64,000 bases of DNA from the NCBI GenBank assembly GCA_043825875.1, contig JBDRRF010000005.1:34299-98298 (forward strand), written 5' to 3'. The notes beneath the pieces were generated by a model. The model had not been told where the DNA came from. It saw only the letters and a program-made list of their open reading frames with translations, and did not search any database. Shown here in pieces: positions 28,898-38,014 of this stretch. Numbering within the stretch: the first letter of the stretch is position 1; every line of letters begins with the position of its first letter. Source of the stretch: Pseudomonadota bacterium. Lineage in GTDB: Bacteria > Desulfobacterota > Desulfobacteria > Desulfobacterales > RPRI01. The position numbers and the translations under genes are program-made.

Positions 28898-30553
28898 ATG
28901 GCGTTACCTGAAGAAAATATTAAAATTGATATTGATGGATATACTCCTGAAGAAATCAAAGAAGAAATGTTGCTGCAGTATCCACCTAAAGTTGCCCGTA
29001 AGAGGGCAAAGCAGATCATAGTCAATAAGTTTGGAGAAGACGGTGAAGTGGGCGATATCAGTCCAAACGTTCGGACAGTTCCGGGATTGATTGGTCAGCG
29101 GGGATGTTGTTATGCCGGTTGCAAGGGTGTTGTTTTAGGTCCGACAAGAGATATTATAAACATTACCCATGGGCCGATAGGATGCGGGTTCTATAGTTGG
29201 TTAACCCGCAGGAACCAGACTGATGCCAGTACTACTCCGGATAATCATAATTTTATGACTTACTGTTTTTCTACCGATATGCAGGATGAACAGATCATAT
29301 TCGGGGGAGAAAAAAAACTCAGGCAGGCCATACAGGAAGCATATGACAATTTCCATCCAAAAGCGATTGCTGTTTTTGCTACCTGTCCCGTGGGTTTGAT
29401 TGGAGACGATATTCATACTGTTTGTCGTGAAATGAAGGAAAAACTTGGAATAAATGTCTTTGGTTTCAGTTGTGAGGGATACAAGGGAGTGAGCCAGTCA
29501 GCAGGCCATCACATTGCAAATAACGGTATCTTTACCCATGTGGTAGGTACTGATGATACTGAGCGGGATGGCAAATATAAAATTAATCTACTGGGAGAAT
29601 ATAATATCGGTGGAGATGCATTTGAAATAGAGCGGATCTTTGAAAAATGCGGCATTACTTTAATTTCTACTTTCAGCGGAAATTCCAGCATAGATAAATT
29701 CGCCAATGCTCATGTTGCTGATCTGAACCTTATAATGTGTCACAGATCCATAAATTATGTTGCTGAAATGATGGAAACAAAATTTGGGCTGCCCTGGATA
29801 AAGATCAACTTTATCGGAGCAAATGCCACGGCAAAATCATTAAGAAAAATTGCTCAGTACTTTGGCGATGAAGAACTGATTGCAAAGGTTGAAGAAGTTA
29901 TTGCCGAAGAAATGCCCGCGGTAAAAAAGGCAATAGAAGAAGTCAGACCCCGAACTGAAGGCAAGAGGGCGATGCTTTTTGTAGGAGGTTCCAGGGCTCA
30001 TCACTACCAGGAGCTTTTTGGGGAACTTGGCATGAAAACTCTATCGGCAGGTTATGAATTTGGCCATAGAGATGATTATGAAGGCCGGAGAGTACTTCCC
30101 GACATTAAAGTTGATGCCGACAGCAGAAACATTGAAGAACTTGATGTCAAGCCTGATCCTGATAAATTTAATCCCAGAAAAAGTGAATCCGAGATTGCAA
30201 AGCTTGAAGAGTCCGGTTTGAAAATGTCTGACTACGATGGCATGATGCCGGATATGGATAGTGGAGCTATGATTATAGACGATATAAGTCAGCGCGAATC
30301 AGACCTGCTTATAGAGTCTTTCAAACCTGATATTTACTGTGCCGGGATTAAGGAGAAGTATACGGTACAGAAAAATGGAATTCCAATGAAACAGCTCCAC
30401 AGTTATGACTACGGAGGACCATACGCCGGATTTAGTGGTTCTATAAACTTTTACAGAGAAATTGACCGTATGGTTAACAGTAAAATCTGGAAGTATCTGA
30501 AGGCTCCCTGGCAGGTTAACCCGGAACTGGCAGCGGCCTATGCATCCGATTAA
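28898..30553 (+). CDS. nifD: Nitrogenase MoFe protein alpha chain (group II, with internal insertion)
   Basis: RGCCYAG, HGPIGC, TCP, MCHRS (FeMoco Cys), GYEFGH, LHSY (FeMoco His); ATG 28898 is well spaced from GAGGAG. Confidence 0.98.
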   Translation: MALPEENIKIDIDGYTPEEIKEEMLLQYPPKVARKRAKQIIVNKFGEDGEVGDISPNVRTVPGLIGQRGCCYAGCKGVVLGPTRDIINITHGPIGCGFYSWLTRRNQTDASTTPDNHNFMTYCFSTDMQDEQIIFGGEKKLRQAIQEAYDNFHPKAIAVFATCPVGLIGDDIHTVCREMKEKLGINVFGFSCEGYKGVSQSAGHHIANNGIFTHVVGTDDTERDGKYKINLLGEYNIGGDAFEIERIFEKCGITLISTFSGNSSIDKFANAHVADLNLIMCHRSINYVAEMMETKFGLPWIKINFIGANATAKSLRKIAQYFGDEELIAKVEEVIAEEMPAVKKAIEEVRPRTEGKRAMLFVGGSRAHHYQELFGELGMKTLSAGYEFGHRDDYEGRRVLPDIKVDADSRNIEELDVKPDPDKFNPRKSESEIAKLEESGLKMSDYDGMMPDMDSGAMIIDDISQRESDLLIESFKPDIYCAGIKEKYTVQKNGIPMKQLHSYDYGGPYAGFSGSINFYREIDRMVNSKIWKYLKAPWQVNPELAAAYASD

Positions 30554-30692
30554 GTAACTATTCGGGTTCACAGTTCAAAGTTAAAGTGCGATCAAAATCG
30601 GATGTTTTGAAAGTGGCTCGCTTGTTTTGATTATGCTCAACAATTGGCCTGAAACCATTTTTAGAATTAAATATAATATGAGGACATAAGAT

Positions 30693-32072
30693 ATGCTTCT
30701 AAGACATACAACTGATGAAATAAAAGAACGAAAGGCGCTGTCAGTGAATCCGGCAAAGACATGTCAGCCTATAGGAGCCATGTATGCTTCTCTCGGGATT
30801 CACGGATGTTTACCACACAGTCATGGTTCTCAGGGATGCTATGCTTATCACCGCAGTACGCTTACGCGTCATTACAAGGAACCGGTTATAGCCGCAACCA
30901 GCGCATTTACAGAGGGAGCATCCGTTTTCGGTGGTCAGGCAAACCTGCTCCAGTCCATTGATAACATTTTTACGGTTTATAATCCTGCTGTGATTGCCGT
31001 TCATACAACATGTCTTTCCGAAACTATTGGAGATGACTTGCCCCAGATAATTAATAAGGCAAGATCCGATGGTAAAATTCCTGAGGGAAAATATGTTATT
31101 CACACAAACACCCCGAGTTATGTTGGATCGCATGTTACAGGATTTTCGAATATGACCCGTGCAATGGTAGATTATTTTGCCGAATACACAGGATCAAAAA
31201 ATAAAATTATTAATCTTATACCCGGATTTGTAGAACCGGCAGATATGGAAGAGATGAAAAGACTTGCAGCCGAAATGGGGATAAAGACAATAATGTTTCC
31301 CGACACTTCCAGGGTGTTAAACGGCCCCATGACAGGAAAGTATAAGATGTTTCCTGATGGGGGGGTAACAATTGAAGAGCTGAAGATGACAGGAAGCAGC
31401 ATAGGAACTATAGCACTGGGGCCACATGCCTCAGGAGCGGCGGCAAAAGCTTTGGATGTTAAATGTAAAGTCAGGTGTGAAATCCTTGATTTGCCGATCG
31501 GCTTACATGCAACTGATGCATTCATAGATCAGCTCAGATGCATGGCTAATGTCAATGTGCCGGATTCCATTAACTTTGAAAGAGGTCAGATGTTAGATAT
31601 TGTTGCTGATATGCATCAGTATTTTTACGGCAAAAGAGTTGGCCTTGTGGGAGATCCCGACCAGATTCTGGCGCTTGCAAAATTTCTGGTATCCATTGAT
31701 ATGCATCCTGTTTACATGGTTACAGGCAGTCCGGCAGGAAAAAAGTTTGAAAAACAATTAAGGGAGATAACAGCAGAAGTTCCGGGTGAAGTAAAAATTA
31801 AAGTGCCTGGAGATATGTTTCTCTTTCACCAGTGGATTAAAAATGAGCCGGTAGATCTGCTCATTGGAAACACTTACGTAAAGTATATTGCACGGGATGA
31901 AGACATACCTTTTATAAGACATGGTTTCCCAATCCTGGATCGGATAGGGCATAGTTACTTTCCTACAGTGGGTTACAAAGGAGGCATCCGACTGCTGGAA
32001 AAAATATTAAACGCACTATTGGATAGAAAAGATAGAGATGCTACCGATATCGATTTTGAACTTGTAATGTAA
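30693..32072 (+). CDS. nifK: Nitrogenase MoFe protein beta chain
   Basis: NPAKTCQP, HGSQGC, HTTCLSETIGDD, TPSYVGSH, GFPILDR. Confidence 0.98.
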   Translation: MLLRHTTDEIKERKALSVNPAKTCQPIGAMYASLGIHGCLPHSHGSQGCYAYHRSTLTRHYKEPVIAATSAFTEGASVFGGQANLLQSIDNIFTVYNPAVIAVHTTCLSETIGDDLPQIINKARSDGKIPEGKYVIHTNTPSYVGSHVTGFSNMTRAMVDYFAEYTGSKNKIINLIPGFVEPADMEEMKRLAAEMGIKTIMFPDTSRVLNGPMTGKYKMFPDGGVTIEELKMTGSSIGTIALGPHASGAAAKALDVKCKVRCEILDLPIGLHATDAFIDQLRCMANVNVPDSINFERGQMLDIVADMHQYFYGKRVGLVGDPDQILALAKFLVSIDMHPVYMVTGSPAGKKFEKQLREITAEVPGEVKIKVPGDMFLFHQWIKNEPVDLLIGNTYVKYIARDEDIPFIRHGFPILDRIGHSYFPTVGYKGGIRLLEKILNALLDRKDRDATDIDFELVM

Positions 32073-32109
32073 AATCTGAATCTGAAAGTCTATATAAGGA
32101 GTTATTGAA

Positions 32110-32412
32110 ATGGAAAAGCCGGATTATCATATATTTGTGTGTTGCAGTTTTAGAGGTATTGAAGCCAAAGGCAAATGCCTGCGTAAAGAGTCTCCCAATC
32201 TTATTCCCTATCTACAGGAGGAATTGGTGGACCGGGGTTTAAATGCGATGGTATCCAGTTCGGGTTGTCTGAACCGATGTGATGAAGGTCCGGCTATGGT
32301 CATATATCCTCAAGGAATATGGTACGGAAATATTAACGGGGAAGCTGAAGTTGATGAAATACTGGATGCCCTTGAAGAGGGAGTAGCAGCGGAAAAATAC
32401 CTGATTACATAA
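32110..32412 (+). CDS. Thioredoxin-like [2Fe-2S] ferredoxin (nif-associated)
   Basis: HIFVC, GKC, SGCLNRCDEGPAMVIYPQGIWYG. Confidence 0.9.
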   Translation: MEKPDYHIFVCCSFRGIEAKGKCLRKESPNLIPYLQEELVDRGLNAMVSSSGCLNRCDEGPAMVIYPQGIWYGNINGEAEVDEILDALEEGVAAEKYLIT

Positions 32413-32440
32413 TGGTATTATGATGTCATGAGGTGAAAAA

Positions 32441-33811
32441 ATGGAAACATCGACAGCTGTAATTTTTGAAGAAAGAGAAAATCAGATCCACCGGAAAGGT
32501 GAATCGCCATTTAATATCGATTGTAACCGCGATAGCCTGGCCGGAGCGATAAGCCAGAGAGCATGTGTTTTTTGCGGTTCCAGAGTGGTATTGTACCCGA
32601 TTGCAGATGCTCTGCATCTGGTGCATGGCCCTATAGGTTGCGCAGTCTATACCTGGGATATCAGGGGTGCGCTGTCATCAGGCCCCGAACTCCACCGGCT
32701 TAGTTTTAGTACTGACCTGCAGGAAAAAGATGTTATTTTCGGTGGTGAAAAAAAACTTTACAAAGCATTAAGTGAGCTTATCGATCTTCATAGCCCTAAG
32801 GCAGCATTTGTTTATTCCACTTGTATAGTCGGAATTATCGGAGATGATCTGGAAGCCGTCTGCCGCAAAGTCAGCGCAGAAAAGAATATTCCGGTTATTC
32901 CGGTTCAGTCTGAAGGGCTTAAAGGCAATAAGCGTGAAGGATATAACGCCGCGTGCAGGGCTCTTTTCAGGCTGGTGGGAACAGGCGAAACTGATAATAT
33001 GTCTCCATACAGCCTTAATATTCTTGGCGACTTTAATCTTGCCGGCGAAATATGGTTAATCAGAGATTATTTCAAACGTATGGGAGTTGAGGTTGTCGCA
33101 AATATCACCGGAGACGGGCGGATAGCAGATATAAAAAGAGCACATGTAGCAAAACTAAATGTTGTTCAGTGTTCCGGCTCTACCATGGATCTGGCAAATA
33201 TGATGGATGAAACTTACGGTATCCCCCATATTAGAGTCTCCTATTTCGGTGTGGAGGATATGGCCCAGGCTCTTTATGATGTTGCAAATTTTTTCGGTGA
33301 TAAAGAAATGATAGAAAAAACCAAAGAACTGGTTAAAGACGAACTGAAAGTTCTTTATCCTGAATTGAAAAAATATAAAAAAGCCCTAGATGGAAAAAAA
33401 GCAGCCATATACGTCGGCGGGTCATTCAAGGCATTTTCTCTGGTGAAAGCCTTAAGGCATCTTGGAATGAAAGTAGTAATGGTAGGATCTCAGACCGGTA
33501 CCAAAGAAGACTACGCCGAGCTTGAACAGATAACAGATCCCGGAACCATAATAGTCGATGATACCAATCCTTTAGAGCTTTCGCAGTTTATCAAGGAAAA
33601 AGGAGTGGATCTGTTTATCGGAGGAGTAAAGGAGCGCCCGATTGCCTATAAGCTTGGTGTGGGATTTTGTGATCATAACCATGAAAGAAAAATCGGGCTA
33701 GAAGGTTTTGACGGCATGCTCAATTTTGCCAAAGAAGTTTATAACACTGTAATGAGCCCGGTATGGCGTTTTGTCCCCCGCAATACTACAGGAGATGTGA
33801 AAAATGTCTGA
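32441..33811 (+). CDS. nifE: FeMo-cofactor scaffold protein NifE
   Basis: QRACVFCG, HGPIGC, YSTC, VQCSGS, DHNHER. Confidence 0.96.
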   Translation: METSTAVIFEERENQIHRKGESPFNIDCNRDSLAGAISQRACVFCGSRVVLYPIADALHLVHGPIGCAVYTWDIRGALSSGPELHRLSFSTDLQEKDVIFGGEKKLYKALSELIDLHSPKAAFVYSTCIVGIIGDDLEAVCRKVSAEKNIPVIPVQSEGLKGNKREGYNAACRALFRLVGTGETDNMSPYSLNILGDFNLAGEIWLIRDYFKRMGVEVVANITGDGRIADIKRAHVAKLNVVQCSGSTMDLANMMDETYGIPHIRVSYFGVEDMAQALYDVANFFGDKEMIEKTKELVKDELKVLYPELKKYKKALDGKKAAIYVGGSFKAFSLVKALRHLGMKVVMVGSQTGTKEDYAELEQITDPGTIIVDDTNPLELSQFIKEKGVDLFIGGVKERPIAYKLGVGFCDHNHERKIGLEGFDGMLNFAKEVYNTVMSPVWRFVPRNTTGDVKNV

Positions 33812-35162
33812 TAATTATACATCAACAACAAACGCATGCAAACTATGCAAACCCATCGGGGCGTGTCTTGCTTTCAAGGGTGTTGAAGGGGCTGTGCCGT
33901 TTCTGCATGGATCACAGGGATGCGCAACATATATGCGCCGCTATATTATAAGCCATTTCAGGGAACCGATGGATATAGCATCTTCTTCGCTGGGAGAAAA
34001 AAATGCTATATTCGGAGGAGGCGCAAATCTGAAGCAGGGGATCAAAAATGTAACTACAAAGTATGGGGCAAAGATGATCGGTATCGCCACGACCTGCTTA
34101 ACCGAAACAATCGGTGATGATGTTCCATCCATTATTAAACAGTTTCGCGAAGAAGAAAAGGCTCTTTTTGAATCCGATAATTCTCCACTTCTGGTAAATG
34201 TTTCCACACCCAGCTATGGCGGCACGCATATGGAAGGATTCCATGATGCCGTAAAAGCGCTTGTTGATCAGATCGCAACAGAATATGGGAAAGATGAATC
34301 CATAAACCTGCTGCCGGGTTTTGTTTCTCCTGCCGACATACGTTATTTAAAAGAAGTCTTATCTGATTTTAATATAAACGGAGTAGTACTGCCTGATATC
34401 TCGGAATCTTTGGATGGCCCGGCTCTGCTTGATTATCAGAAGATATCCGAAGGCGGGACTCCGCTATCCAAAATAAGAGATATGGGAAAGGCCCGCGCAA
34501 CTATTGAATTCGGGCGTACAATTTTTGGAAATTTAACCGCCGGAAAACTCCTGGATTCACGTTTCGGCGTTAAAAACTATTCTCTCGGGATGCCGATCGG
34601 GCTTAGGGAAAGTGATGAATTCTTTTCGGTTCTGGAAGAAATTTCAGGATGCAAATCACCTGAAAAGCATGTTCTTGAACGCGGCAGACTAATCGATTCT
34701 TTTGTGGATGCTCATAAATATATCTTTGGCTGCAAGGCTGTTGTCTATGGGGAAGAAGATCTGGTAGTTGGTCTTACCTCATTTCTTGCAGAGATGGGAG
34801 TGCAGCCGGTTCTGTGCGCCTCGGGTGGAAAAAGCAAAAAACTGGAAAAAGAAATTACGGCGGTCACAAAAGGGCTTGTTGATCTGCCGATAGTTCGTGA
34901 CGGCGTTGATTTTTATGATATCGGAGAAGAGATTGAAGCATTGAAACCCGATCTTCTTATCGGACACAGCAAGGGATACAGTCTGTCTAAAAAGCATGGG
35001 ATTCCCTTGATGCGGGTAGGATTTCCTATTCATGATCGTATAGGCGGTCAGCGTGTCCTTCACCTGGGTTATCGCGGGGCGCAGACCCTGCTTGATGAAC
35101 TTGTTAATTTAGTAATCGAAAAGAAGCAGAACGATTCACCTGTTGGATACTCTTATATGTGA
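33804..35162 (+). CDS. nifN: FeMo-cofactor scaffold protein NifN
   Basis: NACKLCKPIGA, HGSQGCATYMRR, TTCLTETIGDD, GFPIHDR. Confidence 0.95.
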   Translation: MSDNYTSTTNACKLCKPIGACLAFKGVEGAVPFLHGSQGCATYMRRYIISHFREPMDIASSSLGEKNAIFGGGANLKQGIKNVTTKYGAKMIGIATTCLTETIGDDVPSIIKQFREEEKALFESDNSPLLVNVSTPSYGGTHMEGFHDAVKALVDQIATEYGKDESINLLPGFVSPADIRYLKEVLSDFNINGVVLPDISESLDGPALLDYQKISEGGTPLSKIRDMGKARATIEFGRTIFGNLTAGKLLDSRFGVKNYSLGMPIGLRESDEFFSVLEEISGCKSPEKHVLERGRLIDSFVDAHKYIFGCKAVVYGEEDLVVGLTSFLAEMGVQPVLCASGGKSKKLEKEITAVTKGLVDLPIVRDGVDFYDIGEEIEALKPDLLIGHSKGYSLSKKHGIPLMRVGFPIHDRIGGQRVLHLGYRGAQTLLDELVNLVIEKKQNDSPVGYSYM

Positions 35163-35187
35163 GTGATTTACGATAAAGGAGCAGCTC

Positions 35188-36441
35188 ATGAACCTGGACG
35201 CACACCCCTGTTTTAATAAAGAAGTAAAACATAAATTCGGACGGGTCCACCTTCCGGTGGCTCCAAAGTGTAATATCAAGTGCAATTACTGCAACCGGAA
35301 ATACGATTGTCTGAACGAAAGCAGGCCCGGAGTTACCAGTGCTGTTCTTTCACCAATACAGGCTGTTGATTATCTGACAAAGGTTCTTGCAAAAGAACCT
35401 CGTATAACAGTGGCCGGTATAGCAGGACCGGGCGATCCTTTCGCCAATCCGGATGAAACAATGGAAACATTGCGTCTTATTAACAAACAGTTTCCGAATA
35501 TTATACTTTGTCTTGCCACAAATGGTATGGGTCTTTTACCATATATTGATGAGCTCAGCGGGCTCAACCTGACACATATCACTATTACGGTCAATGCCCT
35601 TGATCCGGCTATAGGCGGAAAAATTTATTCCTGGGCAAGGGATGGAAAAGTACTGTATAGAAAAGAAAATGCGGCAGCAAATCTTATTGAACGCCAGCTT
35701 GAGTCAATTAAGAAGTTAAATGAAAAAAATATAACAGTTAAGATTAACTCAATAATAGTTCCGGGCATAAATGATGAACACATCATAGAAATTGCAAAGG
35801 AAATGGCGCATTTAAAAGTTGATATTATGAATGCTATTGCCATGTTTCCAAGCCCTGGTTCTGAATTTGAAAAAATGGAAGAACCAAGTAACGAAATTGT
35901 TGCAAGGATCAGAGATGATGCCGGGAAATACGTTTCACAGATGAAGCATTGTTCCCGCTGCCGTGCTGATGCTGTAGGGCTTTTGGGTGAAGATCGTATT
36001 AATGAGTTTCAGGGGTGCCTTTCCGAATGCAGCTCAATTAAAGAAAAGGGTAATGAAAACAAACCTTATGTAGCTGTGGCTTCTATGGAAGGGACTCTTG
36101 TCAACATGCACCTGGGAGAAGCAGATCGTTTTATGATTTACGGGAAAAGTATCGATGGTTACAAGCTTGTGGATATTAGGTATGCGCCGAAACCTGGAGG
36201 AGGAGACGACAGATGGAATCAATTGAAGGATACTATAAAGGACTGTCGCGCCATCCTGACCAGTGCTCTTGGAGACAGGCCAAAACAGATTCTTGAATTT
36301 GCCGGAATACTGCCTGTTGAAATGGAGGGCTTCGTCGACGAAGGGCTGGAGGCCGTTTTTGAAGGCGGTGATCTTGGCAGGTTTAAAAGCCGTAAATTCA
36401 ACCCTTCCGGTTGCAGTGGGACCGGGCTTGGATGCGGATAA
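35188..36441 (+). CDS. nifB: FeMo-cofactor biosynthesis radical SAM protein NifB with C-terminal NifX-like domain
   Basis: HPCF, CNIKCNYC, NESRPG, AGPGDP, HCSRCRADA, VAVAS...VNMHLGEA. Confidence 0.97.
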   Translation: MNLDAHPCFNKEVKHKFGRVHLPVAPKCNIKCNYCNRKYDCLNESRPGVTSAVLSPIQAVDYLTKVLAKEPRITVAGIAGPGDPFANPDETMETLRLINKQFPNIILCLATNGMGLLPYIDELSGLNLTHITITVNALDPAIGGKIYSWARDGKVLYRKENAAANLIERQLESIKKLNEKNITVKINSIIVPGINDEHIIEIAKEMAHLKVDIMNAIAMFPSPGSEFEKMEEPSNEIVARIRDDAGKYVSQMKHCSRCRADAVGLLGEDRINEFQGCLSECSSIKEKGNENKPYVAVASMEGTLVNMHLGEADRFMIYGKSIDGYKLVDIRYAPKPGGGDDRWNQLKDTIKDCRAILTSALGDRPKQILEFAGILPVEMEGFVDEGLEAVFEGGDLGRFKSRKFNPSGCSGTGLGCG

Positions 36442-36576
36442 TCTATATATTGTATAGCTGATTGCAACAAGATCTATATGACAAGAATTGGAGAAGTACC
36501 CGCAGCAAAATTGAGGGAACAGGGAATCGAACCTGTTATCTTCGATGGAGAAATTAAAGAAATCCCCCACCAATAA
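36442..36576 (+). pseudogene. C-terminal half of a NifB/NifX-family small protein, in frame after the nifB stop
   Basis: SIYCIADCNKIYMTRIGEVPAAKLREQGIEPVIFDGEIKEIPHQ*, matches the DCxx...xIGxxPxxxLxxxGI pattern of NifX-like domains. Confidence 0.65.
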
Positions 36577-36608
36577 CAATTTTCTCCTCTTTGTGTTATT
36601 GGCTTAAC

Positions 36609-36644
36609 TCGTATGGATCACCAAAGATTTTGTGATCCATACGA
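36609..36644. terminator. Strong hairpin at the end of the nif operon (candidate terminator or processing site)
   Basis: TCGTATGGATCAC-N10-GTGATCCATACGA, perfect 13-bp arms; no clear U-tract. Confidence 0.45.
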
Positions 36645-36665
36645 AGATTCAAGGATTTTAGCTAA

Positions 36666-37022
36666 ATGCCAAGAAATTATAAAGAATTAAAAGTTTGGCA
36701 AAATTCTTATCAATTATCTCAGGATATCGATAGGGCAACAGACACATTCCCCGAACATGAAGGGTTTATCTTAGCAACTCAAATGAAAAAGGCCGCCGTA
36801 TCCATTCCGAAATATATTGCAAGAGGATACCGGAAAAAAACAACACCTGAATATATAAAATTATTATATGTTGCTTATCGTTCAACATATGAATTGGAAA
36901 TGCATATAATACTGTCTGGGGATCTTGGTTATATTAACAAGGAGCAGTTATCAGTGCTTCATGGTAATATCTCTGAGCTTGAAAAAATGTTAAGATTCAT
37001 GATAAAAACATTAGAAAAATAA
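36666..37022 (+). CDS. Four-helix bundle protein (23S rRNA-IVP family), diverged
   Basis: YKELKVWQxSYQL...FPxxExFxLxxQMKKAAVSIP...DLGYI. Confidence 0.85.
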   Translation: MPRNYKELKVWQNSYQLSQDIDRATDTFPEHEGFILATQMKKAAVSIPKYIARGYRKKTTPEYIKLLYVAYRSTYELEMHIILSGDLGYINKEQLSVLHGNISELEKMLRFMIKTLEK

Positions 37023-37093
37023 CAGTGAATTCATGAGAAATACAATTAAATTCCCCTTTCTCACGAATAATTGAAAGAAGGAAAAAAAGCATT

Positions 37094-37134
37094 ACGCAGA
37101 GATCGTCCAAAATGGGGCGTTTTGAAACTGGCTC
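37094..37134. repeat. Right-end fragment of the MITE-like repeat at 47701-47881
   Basis: AGATCGTCCAAAATGGGGCGTTTTGAAACTGGCTC vs AGATCGGCTAAAATGGAGCGTTTTGAAACTGGCTC. Confidence 0.8.
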
Positions 37135-37147
37135 GGAGGATTTATTA

Positions 37148-37615
37148 TTGGGTTTATCATCCCTTATTATTCGTGATGCAAAGCAGGAAGATATCAATAA
37201 GCTCTTGGAGCTTTTAGAACTTTTGTTTTCAATCGAAAAAGATTTTAAATTTGATATTAAACGCCAAAGCCGCGGTCTTGAGATGATGCTTGATGGCTGT
37301 GGCAAACACCGCTGCGTCAAAGTAGCTGATATAGATGGCTATGTTGTTGGGATGGCGACTGCCCAGGCTCTTATCTCCACAGCAGAAGGTGGTGTATCTG
37401 TTGTAGTGGAAGACATGGTTGTGAGTCCGGACTGGCAGGGCAGGGGGGTTGGAAAAAAATTGCTTGAAGATATCACAAAATGGGCAAAAAGCCGAAATGC
37501 GGTCAGACTTTCGCTTCTTGCCGATAAAGACAACATTAGCGCCATAAATTTTTATAATCATATCGGATGGAATAAAACCAATCTTATTTGCCTGCATAAA
37601 AAATCCAGCAGATAG
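37148..37615 (+). CDS. GNAT family N-acetyltransferase (nif-adjacent)
   Basis: LFSIEKDF, ISTAEGG, VEDMVV, QGRGVG acetyl-CoA motif, LLADKDN..A..FY; TTG start after GGAGGA. Confidence 0.9.
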   Translation: MGLSSLIIRDAKQEDINKLLELLELLFSIEKDFKFDIKRQSRGLEMMLDGCGKHRCVKVADIDGYVVGMATAQALISTAEGGVSVVVEDMVVSPDWQGRGVGKKLLEDITKWAKSRNAVRLSLLADKDNISAINFYNHIGWNKTNLICLHKKSSR

Positions 37616-37877
37616 TTATAATCGAACGGTAAATATAGCATTAAACGGGGAGTGATTTTCACTATCGGTTATATTGTCAATCGAGTCAAGAAAATGACGC
37701 TTTATAATATTTACCTTTCCCCCCCTTGTTAGATGAGCTTTTGTCAATTCACAAGCCGGTTGCCAAGGCTCAATACCTTAAAAATATTCGATTCTCATCA
37801 TTCTCTAACCTTTGAATCGTTAACCATTGATCTGTGACCCTGAGTAGCTACAATTTATTTTACCGCCCTATATAGAA

Positions 37878-37893
37878 TTGGCACGATTTCTGC
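37878..37893 (+). promoter_or_regulatory. Sigma54 promoter of the diguanylate cyclase gene
   Basis: TTGGCACGATTTCTGC, GG-N10-GC; upstream GTCA-N6-TGAC box at 37685-37698. Confidence 0.75.
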
Positions 37894-38014
37894 CTAATAG
37901 TATGTTGATCCTTTTATGCAGATCATCTCAATATTGTTTTAAATGGTATTTTGGGTTTCAATTTTAAAAAAATAAATTTCTGACAACTGAAATTATGGGA
38001 GGGAAAATATATAA

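Noticed and set aside
36034..36579. Long antisense ORFs (also 1402-2034, 17678-18307, 60499-61059 and others)
   Set aside because: Shadows of well-supported genes on the opposite strand.
36666..37022. Diversity-generating retroelement (Avd-like gene plus hairpin)
   Set aside because: No reverse transcriptase and no TR/VR pair differing at adenines in the window.
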